From: Psammoneis japonica
Lineage: Eukaryota
NCBI GenBank assembly: GCA_008632985.1
Contig: QPGO01000287.1
Span: forward strand, 1 to 64,000
Length of the DNA: 64,000 nucleotides
Reading direction: 5' to 3'
Shown here: positions 1 to 11,415 of the stretch, piece after piece
Position numbering within the stretch: position 1 is the stretch's first letter
Layout of the letters: every line of letters begins with the position of its first letter
Translations under genes and position numbers: made by a program
The notes under the pieces: generated by a model
What the model was told of the DNA's origin: nothing
The model's input: the letters and a program-made list of their open reading frames with translations, nothing else
Database searches by the model: none

Positions 1-3000
1 CATGGTTGAATTGGAAGTGACGGTCAGTTCCTTGCCAGCGTTTAAGTCAGAGGACTTTGACATGATGGAAGATGCATCCTTGGGTCTCTTGTCACAGAAG
101 ATTGGTGTGCTGAAGGAACCATTGCAACATGCAGTGAGGCCAGCAGCAGCCCCGGCTGAGTTCATTGATGATGTGGAAGAGCGTGTGTGCCAATTGAGTT
201 TAAACAGACTTGACTTGGACAATCAAACTGCTTGTCATTTGTTGAAGGGATGTCTTGTGAATGTGGAAGAATGGATTTGGATTGAACAACACAACAACAC
301 AGAAAATGGAAGGGACGTGTTCTGGGCATGGGCAAACCATTGTGATGGACAAGGAGAGCTCAGCAAGTGCACGCAGTTGGTGCCAGCAAACATCCAAATG
401 ATGCATTGCAAAAATGAGCGGTGCTCTTGTCATTTGAGCGTCACACGGCAAAGCTCACCAGCGCATTTGCAATCCTGGATGAAAGTGAAGATGAGCAGAA
501 GACTGACAGGCAGAAGGTCAACATTCTCTTGTGTGGAATCAAAACTGACAATGTCAGGCTGCAAGCTTGTGCCCCTGTGATTGGCCAACAGTTTCCCTGT
601 GACTTCACTGGTGCTTGTGCATTTTTTTCTGCAGAAGTTTCTTGTTTACATGGCACAGCACAGTTGGAGGCCCAACATCATTCAAAGCATGAGATTTCAG
701 AGGCATCTTGTGATGGTGACCCAGGTGGAGGCTTTGCTGGAGGCAGTGGCCGTGGGCCACGTGGCGGTCAAGGTTGGAATGAAGGGGCCATGGCAGGGGA
801 CGCTTTGGTGGATGAGGCAACATGATTGACGGCGTGGATGTGCCGGATCCCACTTGTGTGTTCTCTCCAGATGAATGGCAGCAGTTGCAATTTAATGGTG
901 GTTGCACATGTGTCATGCAAGCTTGCGAGCACATGGCCAGATGTGGAGGTTGTGGACAACAGGGACGTGGCAGCCCTGCAGGAAGGCAGGCAGCAGCCGC
1001 AAGTCAAAATTCAGAGAAATTGTTGCAACAACAAACAGACTCAGCCCTCAGGTGGGGGATGACATGGACGTGGTTGCAAGAATGAAAAGGTGGCAGACAT
1101 GGAGCAGGATTTGGGTGCGGCGCTCATGCGCACACTTGACGGTTTGGGCAGACAGCATTGTTGGCAATGTCTGCAACTCATCACCTCCAAAGCTTTTGTG
1201 ACCACATGATTGCATCTGTGAAAATTGCACGCACCTGCAGGGAGGATGTTGACAAGCTGGAGCAGAGGGCAGCAGAACTTTGCACTGAGGACCGGCACTC
1301 CAAGATCATGGCAGAAGAACTGGTGAGGAAATGGAACGTTGGTTTGGATGCAGCAAAGGATTCTCTCAATGTTGCAACCCAGCAAGGTGTCAGAACGGTG
1401 ACACAACCACTGTTGAGGCGTGTTTGGGTGGACCACTTGGACTCACATTGAAAGAGACTGAAAGGAACATGGTTTGCAGATGCCCCAATTTTGAAGGTTA
1501 AGTTGATTCTGGGCAACACTTGCACAAACGTTTGTGCTCAGGGTAAATTCGTGAAGGCAGCTCCAATGACGGCAAGGTCTGAGACTGGACAATCATTGAT
1601 TGAGTTTGCAGATGACGCAGGAGCACCTGAAGGCTTGTCAATGGATGGAGCAGGAGAGTTCACTGGCGAGAATGCAGAGTTTGTGAAACATGCAAGAAGG
1701 GTGTGCACAAAGCTCAGGAACTCAGAGCAAGGTGGGAAGAACCAAAACCAAGCAGCAGAAAGGGAGACAGGTTTCTTGGCCAAGCATTGGAGATTGCTGA
1801 TGACCAAGAAGAATGTTCCAAAGTGGTCATGGGATTTTGGTCTGGTGCATGAAGCTGAGCTGTTGATGAGGATGGTGCAAGGTTGAGACAGGAGGACTGG
1901 ACACAAACAAGAAGTGACTGGACAAATGCCAGAAATTGGAGAGCATCTTGACTTTGGATTTTGTGATTGAGTCTGGTGGTGGGGTCGACCAGATTCAAAA
2001 TCAAGTGCAACCAAAGATCCAAGACAACTTGGCAGGTGGCTTGGAATGTCACACAAGGTTGGGTTGGATGTGTGCCATTGGATTGCAACTGAGAGTGGCA
2101 AATTGGTGTCCAAGATGTCAGTGGAACATGTCATGCAGGCCAACTGTGTTGAATTGGAAAAAAGACAACAAATTGGCAAGTTCAATGAAGCTCTAACAAG
2201 GCATCTCAATGACGCCAACTTTGTGCTCAAAGGTGACAAAGCAGCACCAGCATTTTGTTCAGATGACTGTGCAATTGATGGGGACAATGCGGCACAATGT
2301 CAAGGCAGTGTGACCCCGGACAATGAGGAATGTGGTGACATGCTGCTTGATGGCAAACAACCCAATGATGATGATGAGGACGCAACAGACCAATGTCTTG
2401 GCATGGAATCAATTTTGGACATTGGCACAGAAGGTGAAAGTCGCGTTGTGGTTGCGAAATGAGAAAGAGGCTGTGATGGCAAGCCGATTGGCAGGCAACA
2501 CCAGAACCCATTGTTTGACACACAGGAGCATGAAATTGAACACACTGACAGAACAACAGATGAGCATGCCACAAATGTCACACAGCTGAAAACATGTTTG
2601 CTCAGGTTGACAACAAGGGACATCAGTTCTCCATTTTGTGTGAAATCCAGGACCACAGGAAGAGTCAAGATGTGATTTCATGGGAAGACGGCATGGTTGA
2701 AACAGCAGGTGGTTAGAGCAAGAAGAAAGTCACAACAAAAGGCTGGGAGTTGCTGACAGCATGGAAGGACGGCAGTTCTGACTGGGTCAAGTTGAAGGAC
2801 ATAAAGACTCTAACCCAACAGAAGTGGCCAAGCATGCAGTGGCTGATGAGCTGGCATTTGCCTGGCGGGTGCCTCATGTGCCACGGAAACGGAACAGGAT
2901 CACATCCAAGGCCAAGTCAAAGTGTTGGAGGACTGCACATGAGTTTGGCATCAGGTTGCCAAAGAACGTGAACAAAGCACTCCGGATTGACTGCAAGACA

Positions 3001-4317
3001 AGGACTGACAATTGGGCTGGGGCAATTGACAAGGAGATGACTAAAGTCAAGGCAGCTTGGGCGAAACATGAAGAAGAAACTCTGCAACAAGTTCAAGAAG
3101 GAAAGAGTCAAAAGCTGTGTGGGTGCCAAGAGATGCAGTGCCATTTGACAGTTGACATCAAGATGGATTTTACACGCAAGGCAAGGTTTGCAGCTGGGGG
3201 TCATGCTGCTGGGGCACTGGAGTCAATTGCCTGTTCAAGCATTGTTTCAAGGAACAGTGCACGCATTGCTTTTATGTTGGCATTTGAACTGACGCAAGTG
3301 GACCCTGACACATGTTTGGGAGCAGCAGCCCATGAGGATGGATTTTTGAGCATTGTGAGATGTCATTGGTTTGTGTTGATGACACATTGACAATGTTGCA
3401 TCAAGGCAAGTCAGTCATTGAATCCATTGCTCAGTGTCACAAGATTGAGCCTGGAAGTGAAGGTGAGCCAAAGACTCACCTGGGAGCAATGACAGAGAAG
3501 ATCCAGATGCAGGATGGCAGGATGATTTGGGGCAGCTCACCAAGAGACTACATCAAGAATGCAATTGAGCCTGTTGAAGACTTGCCAAGTGAGGATGGAG
3601 ATGGTGTGGTCCTGAAGAACAATGCAAAAGATTCATTCCCATCAAACTGCAAGCCTGAGTTGGATGTGACAGATGAGCCACGTCCCAAGTTGATGTCCCA
3701 GTGTTTGCAGCTTGTTGGCATTGCAAGCTGGGCAATCAAGTTGGGTTGCATTGATGTTTTGTTTGAAGTGTCTTTCCTTTCTCAGCATCAGGCAAATCCA
3801 AGGAAAGGTCATTTGGAGGCCTTGTGTCATGTGTTTGCTTGCATCAAGAAGCAAGAATCGGTTTTGACCCTGAGAGTCCTGAGATTGGCAATTCTGTTTT
3901 CAATGCTGTGGCAGATTGGACCAAGTTTTATGGAGATGTTGAGGAAGAGCCATCACCAAGGATGCCCAAGCCATGTGGAAACCCGGCAGCCACACACGCT
4001 TTTGTTGACGCAAATCATGCAGGGAATGTCGTCACGCGCAGGTCACACTCTGGCGTTGTCATCTTTGTGAATGATTCTCTAATTGTGTGGTTTGGCAGGT
4101 GACAAAACATGGTTGAGTCTTCCATGTTTGGCAGCAAGTTGGTCACAATGTGGGTTTGCAAGGATGTGATTGTTGCTTTGCATCACAATTTGCGAATGTT
4201 TGGGGCACTGATTGACGGGCCAGCAAATGTGTTCTGTGACAATCATGGCATGGTGAAGAATGTCAGTGTTCCAGAATCCACTCTGCACAAGAAACAAAAT
4301 GCAGTTGATTGTCATGT
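1..4317 (+). mobile_element. Degenerate Ty1/Copia (CoDi-like) retrotransposon A, 5' part: gag, integrase, RT, start of RNase H
   Basis: Frameshifted ORF pieces: gag-like 'WIWIEQHNNTENGRDVFWAWANHCDGQGELSK'; 'AEELVRKWNVGLDAAKDSLNVATQQGVR' and integrase 'MDGAGEF..NQNQAAERE'; RT 'DIKMDFTRKARFAAGGH', 'LVCVDD'; RNase H 'AFVDANHAGNVVTRRSHSG', 'VFCDN..KKQNAVDCHV'. INT precedes RT (Copia order). There is an internal RT deletion near 3280. Confidence 0.9.
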
Positions 4318-4735
4318 TGCCCCATGCATGCACCAGGCGCTGAAAAAGAAGATGTGTTACGACTTTGTCGTTGTGAAAATCATGAGCTGGTTTAGAGCAG
4401 AGAAAATGGGATCGTGCGAGTAGGGAATCTTGCCAATTCCCTGTTCGGCATTGAATCGATCATGCGCTCGCATTGTGGATCGTGCGAATCAAGCCATCAC
4501 GCGCCATGCACGAGTGATGTCATCGCATGGAATCATGCTGCCATCGTGGGCCAGACGACGGGCCAGTGTGCTTCACACGGACGCTCTCTTGGCATCCTTC
4601 TGGAATTGCCCAAGACCTGGAGCCACGCCCTCCTGTGGTCGTGCTTCCCAGGCACGTGTTAACAACACTGCGTTGCCATGCACAAGAGGCTTGTGCACGG
4701 TCTCACTGTGTTGTCCAGTGGCGAGGCATGCTGCA
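4318..4735 (-). repeat. Gypsy-1 3' LTR
   Basis: Aligns to 10246-10677 with one small indel; lies next to the PPT. Confidence 0.9.
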
Positions 4736-4774
4736 CACTCCCCCATGATCAGGGCCGTTAAGTGACAGGATGTC

Positions 4775-7138
4775 TCACTGGTGATGGGGTGCAATCTGCC
4801 GTAGATTGCACGTGTCCATCAGCGCTCCGTTCTGGACACACAACGTGCCGTTGTCATGTGCACAGACAACTCTGGCGGGTCCTGCATGGCTGTCAGAACC
4901 GCATTTAGAGGATTGTTCCTGTTTGATGAGTGCCAATTGCCCTGCGGTGTGTTGACACTCCTTGCGTTTCTGATTTTCATGCTTGTTGTTTGAGTGGGTG
5001 AGCTTCTGCTTTCTGGTTTCCATGTGCTTCCACTTGGCACGATGGGCAACAGACAAAACCGCATCGCGTCCGAAGACCAATTGCACGGGACTTGCGCGCG
5101 TGGTCGTGTGTGCCGCAGCTCTAGTGGCGAAGGCTGCTGCGGAGAGGATGCCACTCCATGGGTCATCTTTGTCCAGTTCCACATCCTGTGCTGAAAAGGA
5201 ACGCACCATGTTGCCAAGTGTCTGGTGCACACGTTCCACTGTGGCATTTGCCTGTGGATTCCGTTTGCTTGTGGGTTTCTTCAAAATCCCACAGTCATTT
5301 TTAATCATCTGGCTAAATTCTGCCATAAATTCTGTCCCACGGTCATAAACCACCTGGGTTGGCCACGGATGCCTGCATGGCCACGTTTGTTCCACGAGGT
5401 TTGCTGCGACGTCTGCGCGTTTCGTGGACACTTCTTTAATCTCAAACCACCATGTTGCTGGGTCAATCATTGTGACTGCCCACAATTGCAAGGTGTCCTT
5501 TCCGCGTCTTTGAATTTTACATGGCCCTGTCACATCCATGCACAGAGTCTCCCATGGAATTATCTCTGCGACCTTTTCTGGTGGCTTCCCACAACGCTGC
5601 GTTCGGCGTTTTGTCTTCTGGCATCGATCGCACTCAACGCACGTAGAATGCACCGTAGACCTCATGCCAGGCCAATGGAAGTGCTGGGCAACAGACATTT
5701 CCGCACGTGTCTCACCTGGATGACACAGTGTCTCGTGGTGCCATTCAGTTAGCGGAACCTGCAATGACTGCGGCACTGCGATTTTGTCCTTATGACAGAT
5801 TAACTGTCGTGATGACCCTCCCCCACGACATGCGCGAATGGAGCAGTCGGACGAGTCCTTGGCTCTTGAGAGTGGGCGCTTGTCCTTTTGTTGTGCTTTT
5901 TGAATGCGCTTGAAGCTAACAGGCAGAGACAGCTCATCTTGCGCGTCTGCATTAAAAGCTTCATGCAAAGGACGACTCGATGGAGTGTCTTTTACATCCG
6001 GATTAGCCTCGAAAGGCAAGCTGGGTGCCAGTCGAAGGCGACTGAGAGCGTCAGCGACTGGGTCATGGGCACCTTTGACACAGCGTAATTCGGGACCGCA
6101 TTCTTCGCATGTCAACTGCCAGCGCATAACGCGCTCGGCATTGAATGCTTTGTGCGTAAGATTTTTATGATCAGTGTGTGTGATCACACGATGACCAAGG
6201 AGAATCGTTCGAAATTCTTTCAACGTCTCCACAATGGCGAGCAATTCTCTCTCCGTTGTTGTGTGATTTAATTGCGCATCATCAAGCTTTCTGCTGTAAA
6301 AGGTGACAGGTTTGTTGTCTTGGGATGTGACTGCTCCCAATTGACATTTAGAGGCATCGGTGTGCATCTCAAAGGGTTCATTGGCACGGGATCCACGGGT
6401 GCACCCGGGAATTGCGGGATGAAAGGGGAAAGGGGCAAATGGGAATGTTGGGAAAGCAAGGGGCTGTTGTTGTGCCTCAAGGGTCCCTTCAGTGAGCCGA
6501 ACACGCACATTTGTCATCTGACCATCATGGGTCCGTCTTGTGGGGGGTGTCAAAATGTTGTGAAGGGACGCGTCTTGAGGATTGGTCGTCACATGACATG
6601 TGTGGCTATGAAGGTCACACAAAGTTGAAAAACGCATGTGCGCGTTTTTTGTGTGTGTCGTTTTCAGATTTATATGATGTCAATGGTCAAACACACAATG
6701 CACAAAATCATTTCTCGAGACCGCGTCTGCTCCACAATTTGACGACCCCCGAAAGGACGGACCTGCGAGGGTCAAATCGGCAACAAGCGTGTTTGGCTGA
6801 CTAAAGGGTCCCTCAAGGTAAAACAACAGCATGTCACTTTTCCACCATTCACATTTGCCCCTTTCCCCTTTCATCCCGCATTTTGCAGATTCCCCTGGTG
6901 CATCCGCGGATCCCGTGTTAAAATCAGGATGTGACAACAAAACATCATCCGACATCACCCGTTTGACGGTTTCGAACGCCTCGTCTTCAACGGACGTCCA
7001 CTCCCACTTAACAGTCTCGCTTGCGAGTCGTGTCAGCAGAGCCAAGACTTCAGAACGTCCAATCCACGTGTCGCGGCAGCAGCTCACCATGCCAATGAAT
7101 GAACGTAGGTCGCGTTTGTTGGTTGGAGTCACGATTCG
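4775..7138 (-). pseudogene. Gypsy-1 pol: RT-RNase H connection, RNase H and integrase, interrupted by MITE A1
   Basis: 'LRSFIGMVSCCRD', 'LLSHPDFN|EPFEMHTDASKCQLGAV', 'HTTTERELLAIVETLKEFR', zinc finger 'HETLCHPG..CDRCQ', 'DRGTEF', 'NPQANATVERVHQTLGNM'. Confidence 0.93.
6385..6917. mobile_element. MITE A1 (533 bp), TTAA-specific, piggyBac-like non-autonomous element
   Basis: Long imperfect TIRs CACGGGATCC..GGATCCCGTG. Right flank TTAA (6918-6921), left flank TTGG (6381-6384). Removing it restores the pol reading 'DFNEPF'. Confidence 0.9.
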
Positions 7139-8537
7139 CTAAATGGCGTCGACTTTATTAGGTGTTGGTCGCATTCCGTCTCTGTTGACCAGATAACCCA
7201 AGTATTCTAATTGGGTTTGACAGAAGTGAGATTTAGTTGCGTTAACTTTTAGTCCTGCTTTCTGGACCCTCAATAAAACTTCTTCAAGTTTGTTGAGGTG
7301 ATCTTCACAGGTGCCTTTTGTCACGACGAGAAGGTCATCTAAGTACGTTCGAACGAACGATAGATCTTCAAATAAGCCTGACATGCGTTCTTGGAAAATG
7401 TCTGGCGAATTACATAATCCCATGGGCAATGCCTGCATCTCATACTTACCCCACGGGAAGATGAGCGTGCAGAGCTTCTTACTATCAGTATCCAATCGTT
7501 TATGATAATAGCCCATATTTAAATCCAGCGATGTAGCCCACATAAAGCCTTCGAGCTTAAGTAGCATATCTTGGATATGAGGAATCGCATAAGGCAATCG
7601 CTTGATCCGTTTATTAAGCTCTCTCAAATCATTAATAAAGCGTACCGTTAAATCTTTCTCCGGTATGATAAATGATGGAGCTGCCCATTGGGATCGGTTA
7701 ACGCGTTTGAGAACACCGATACGTTCTAGGCGTTCTACTTCTTTACGTAGCGTAGCTTCGTACGCACGAGGTACTTTATACGGACGAGCGTGGTATGGTT
7801 CTACACCCTCCTTGAGTTGGATATGGTAGGGTTCTCCCTTCCATTCTCCTAATGTCCCATCAAATAAAAACTCATGGCGTTTCAATAGTGCCAAAAGGTC
7901 GTTTTGTTGAACTATAGAAATTCCTATTGCCTCTCGCGTTATGTCCTTGAGGCAGGCCGGCGCGTGCTTAGCGTCTAAAATACGCGAAATCCGGTCGGTT
8001 TCCGAAGATAAGGCTTCTGGATCTTGAAGATAGAAGGAGGTTTCCACCGTAGCATCTACGTGCCTCATTGGTACTTCTCCATTGACTAATGGCCACTCTA
8101 TCATCTGTTTAGAGAAGACAATATCAATGCCTTGCGTCTCCAGAATGTCACGTCCAATAATCATATCGTACTTGCCCAACTTTCCGTTGTGTACGTGGAC
8201 GGTATGCTTAAGTTCTGCAGTTTCGCATAATTCTGGTAACCGAAATTTAACGGTACAGTCGTTGGACGTACTAAACGAGCCTGCTACCGTAGTCCAGTTT
8301 GTCTCAGCCGTTGAATGGCTTCGCAGACGTTTACAGTATCGACTATCGAGTAGAGTACTGCTGGCGCCACTATCTAGTAGTGCCTCAATAGTTTGAGTCT
8401 TGCCCTTGCCATGTTTAGTATTCATAGCTATAAACAAGATTGGAGTAAGATGAGTCTTTTTAACTCGTTTACGGGATTGGCCTACAACACGTGTACGATG
8501 GTAATTCAGTTGTTCATTTATACATTCATCTAATGTA
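7139..8537 (-). pseudogene. Gypsy-1 pol: aspartic protease and reverse transcriptase (well preserved, TA-rich)
   Basis: 'ALLDSGAS', 'YDMIIGRD', 'SQWAAPSFIIP', 'DLRELNKRI', 'LDLNMGYYH', 'PMGLCNSPDIFQ', 'YLDDLL'. One TAG at 7139-7141. Confidence 0.95.
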
Positions 8538-8541
8538 TTAA

Positions 8542-9075
8542 CACGGGATCCGCGGATGCACCAGGGGAATCTGCAAAATGCGGGATGAAAGGGGAAAGGG
8601 GCAAATGTGAATGGTGGAAAAGTGACATGCTGTTATTTTACCTTGAGGGACCCTTTAGTCAGCCAAACACGCTTGTTGCCGATTTGACCCTCGTGGGTCC
8701 GTCCTTTCGGGGGTCGTTGAATTGTAGAGCAGACGCGGTCTCGAGAAACAATTTCACACATTGTGTGTTTGACCATTGGCGTTGCATAAATCTGAAAACG
8801 ACACACATGAAAAACGCGCACGCACGTTTTTCAACTTTACATGACCTTCATAGACACACACACCATGTGACGATTGATCCTCAAGACGCGTCCCGTCACA
8901 ACATTTTGACACCCCCCCATGGGACGGACCTGTGATGGTCAGATGACAAGTGCGCGTGTTCGGCTCACCAAAGGGACCCTCAAGGCACAACAACAGCCCC
9001 TTGCTTTCCCAACATTCCCATTTGCCCCTTTCCCCTTTCATCCCGCAATTCCCGGGTGCACCCGTGGATCCCGTG
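8542..9075. mobile_element. MITE A2 (534 bp), same family as A1, in opposite orientation
   Basis: Perfect TTAA TSDs at 8538-8541 and 9076-9079. Near reverse complement of 6385-6917. Confidence 0.92.
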
Positions 9076-9107
9076 TTAAAACTACCTGCATCGTGTCGGC
9101 CCCCTTC

Positions 9108-10184
9108 TCAGGCGTCCGAATCTTCGGAATCACTCAAGTTGAGGTCGCGGAAGTGATTGAGCTCCTCCTCGTGGGCCTTGCGCTTTTTCTGAGCATTGGC
9201 AAAGAACTCCTCGACCTTTGATCCGATGAGAGCATCAACATCTTCCTCATTCCGAGGTTTTGTGTCAGGCTTGCCACCTCCGTCGTTGGAATGTCCAGTC
9301 TTGACACGTTTCACGTGGTGCTTGAGCTGACGGCAATCCTCCGTGTGATGTCCACAGCCAGTCCTGTGCAGCATGCACGACTTCTGGGTGTTCCGTTGGG
9401 TCGTGATCAATGACTCAGGATTGTCCGTTCTACGTCCCCGCTTGCGTGGAACCTCAGTGTGTTGGTCCTGGTTGCCTTCGGCAAGCTCGACCTGCTCGAT
9501 GCGCTCACAGAACTGTGCAAATTCGGCGACAGTGTGCGCCAACGGGTCAAAATTCTGTAGCGTCATGAACTTCTGCCATGCGTTCGGCACACCGCACTCG
9601 AACACATCGCACAGTTCGTCATTGGGCAATGGTGCCGGTGTTTCTCCATCCTCCGTCACGGGTGGAAACTGAGAGACACAGCCGTTAATTTCAACAGCCC
9701 TCGTGACGTGGTCATGAGCAGAAACCTCTGCAGGCTTGCACGTGAAGCGCCGCAGATGACGCTTCTGCAGTGGTGCCGCCCCATGTGGGAAGACACTTTC
9801 CTTTAGCTTCGCGATGCATGCTGCGCACGCAGCGTTGGTTTGGGATGCCTGCTTGTCAGCGGCATCATTAAATGACGTCAGAGCATCGCCCTGTAGCAGG
9901 TCACGCACAAGGGCAAATTTTGCTGGCCCGGTCGTGATGTTTTGTCCTTCGTGCACGCGATCCACGTTGCATAGAAAGATCAGGAGTGTCTCGCATGTAG
10001 CCGCAGAAAGGTGCGGAATGCCCATCTCGTGCGTTGGACTGTCTGGATCAGCAGGGTTGTTGCGCAGCTTGAACGTCTGGCACTCGCCCTGCTGCAGCTC
10101 TTTCTTCTCCGGCCGTGCGAACGGAATCGGCAGCTTGATCCGCTTCTTCATGGTCGTTTCAAGATTTGTCGGTCCAACCAACAT
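9108..10184 (-). pseudogene. Gypsy-1 gag
   Basis: Open ORF between the 5' LTR and pol, with a C-terminal 'CMLH..GHHTEDC' knuckle-like motif. Confidence 0.85.
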
Positions 10185-10245
10185 TTCGTAGTTTCGTTTC
10201 TGTAGATTTCGTTGCCTCGCACAACATGCGGGAGCAATGTTGCTG

Positions 10246-10677
10246 TGCCCCATGCATGTGCTGGGCGCTGAAAAAGAAGATGTGTTGCGACTTTGTCGTT
10301 GTGAAAATCATGAGCTAGTTTGGAGCAGAGAAAATGGGATCGTGCAAGTGGGGAATCTTGCCAAATCCCCATTTGTTCGCATTTGGATCGCATTGAATCG
10401 ATCGTGCGTTCGCATTGTGGATCGTGCTAATCAAGCCATCACGCGCCATGCACGAGTGATGTCATCGCATGGAATCACGCTGCCATTGTGGGCCAGACGA
10501 CGGGCTAGTGTGCTTCACACGGACGCTCTCTTAGCATCCTTCTGGAATTGCCCAAGACCTAGAGCCACGCCCTCCTGTGGTCGTGCTTCCCAGGTGCATG
10601 TTAACAACACTGCGTTGCCACGTGCAAGAGGCTTGTGCACGGTCTCGCCGTGTTGTCCAGCAGCGAGGCACACTGCA
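10246..10677 (-). repeat. Gypsy-1 5' LTR
   Basis: Direct repeat of 4318-4735, followed by TSD ATGT. Confidence 0.9.
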
Positions 10678-10850
10678 ATGTGACAAGAGAAGCGGTTGCA
10701 TCTGGAATCATGAGAGTTGGAAAGGAAAACACAGAGACAAATTTGGCAGACTCACTGACAAAGCTCATGACAAGTGCAAAGCGTTGGGAGTTGTGCCCAT
10801 TTCTGTTTTGGCAATGGTGGAGCCCATTTGCCAAGGTTCAGGGCCTGTGA
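10678..10850 (+). mobile_element. Copia A, continuation of the RNase H C-terminus
   Basis: 'VTREAVASGIMRVGKENTETNLADSLTKLM' continues 'KKQNAVDCHV' from 4317. Confidence 0.9.
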
Positions 10851-11415
10851 CTTGCATTCATGCCTTGCAACCTCCCAAGCCAGACTGGCTGGTGGCAAAT
10901 TGGGTTTGTGTTTTGCCTCTCTGTGTGAGGATGTTTCTGGCAAACAAATTGACAAGTCCAGTCAATTTGCTGGGACCGAGCAAATCCAAGCAGAGTGGTC
11001 TGTCTTGGTTGGTGTGTGGGCAAGACAGGAAGAGAAGCCTGAAAGGGCTCACAATCTTCAGTGGTCTTTTGTGTGAACAAGCATGTGCATTCATTGCATT
11101 GGAGCAAGATGAGGCAAGGGTGTCACAGCATGAACCATGACACTGCATCACTGTTTGTTCATTTTGACACTGTGGCACCACCACGCTGTCAACACTCACT
11201 CCTGCCCCATCCTCCCTTGCCGCCCTTGTCAAGACACATCCACTCCACAGCCTTTCCCACACCCCACACCATGCCCACCTTCAATGCAAACTGCAACAGC
11301 TGCAACAACAAGGACCTCCACATGTCACCCTTGCACTCCCGCCCCTCCTCTCTCCACTTGCAAGCCACCCTCTCCACTCCCTTGCTCCCTCCTCCCTCAA
11401 CAACACCTGCCTTTG

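Larger units (their letters stand above)
4318..10677 (-). mobile_element. Full-length Ty3/Gypsy LTR retrotransposon 1, inserted in the RNase H of Copia A
   Basis: Direct TG..CA LTRs at 4318-4735 and 10246-10677. 4-bp TSD ATGT at 4314-4317 and 10678-10681. PPT (minus strand GGGGGAGTG) at 4736-4745. Order gag-PR-RT-RH-INT on the minus strand. Confidence 0.95.

Noticed and set aside
4775..6637. 620-aa ORF as an intact gene
   Set aside because: Its N-terminus is read-through of MITE A1 fused to a mutated RNase H-integrase.
6385..9075. Diversity-generating retroelement (RT plus adenine-specific repeat differences)
   Set aside because: The RT is a Gypsy pol, changes are only transitions at TA and occur on both strands over tens of kb, and there is no template/variable repeat pair.
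11180..11410. C-rich tract as an LTR or Pro-rich gene
   Set aside because: Low-complexity sequence with no second copy or termini visible in the window.
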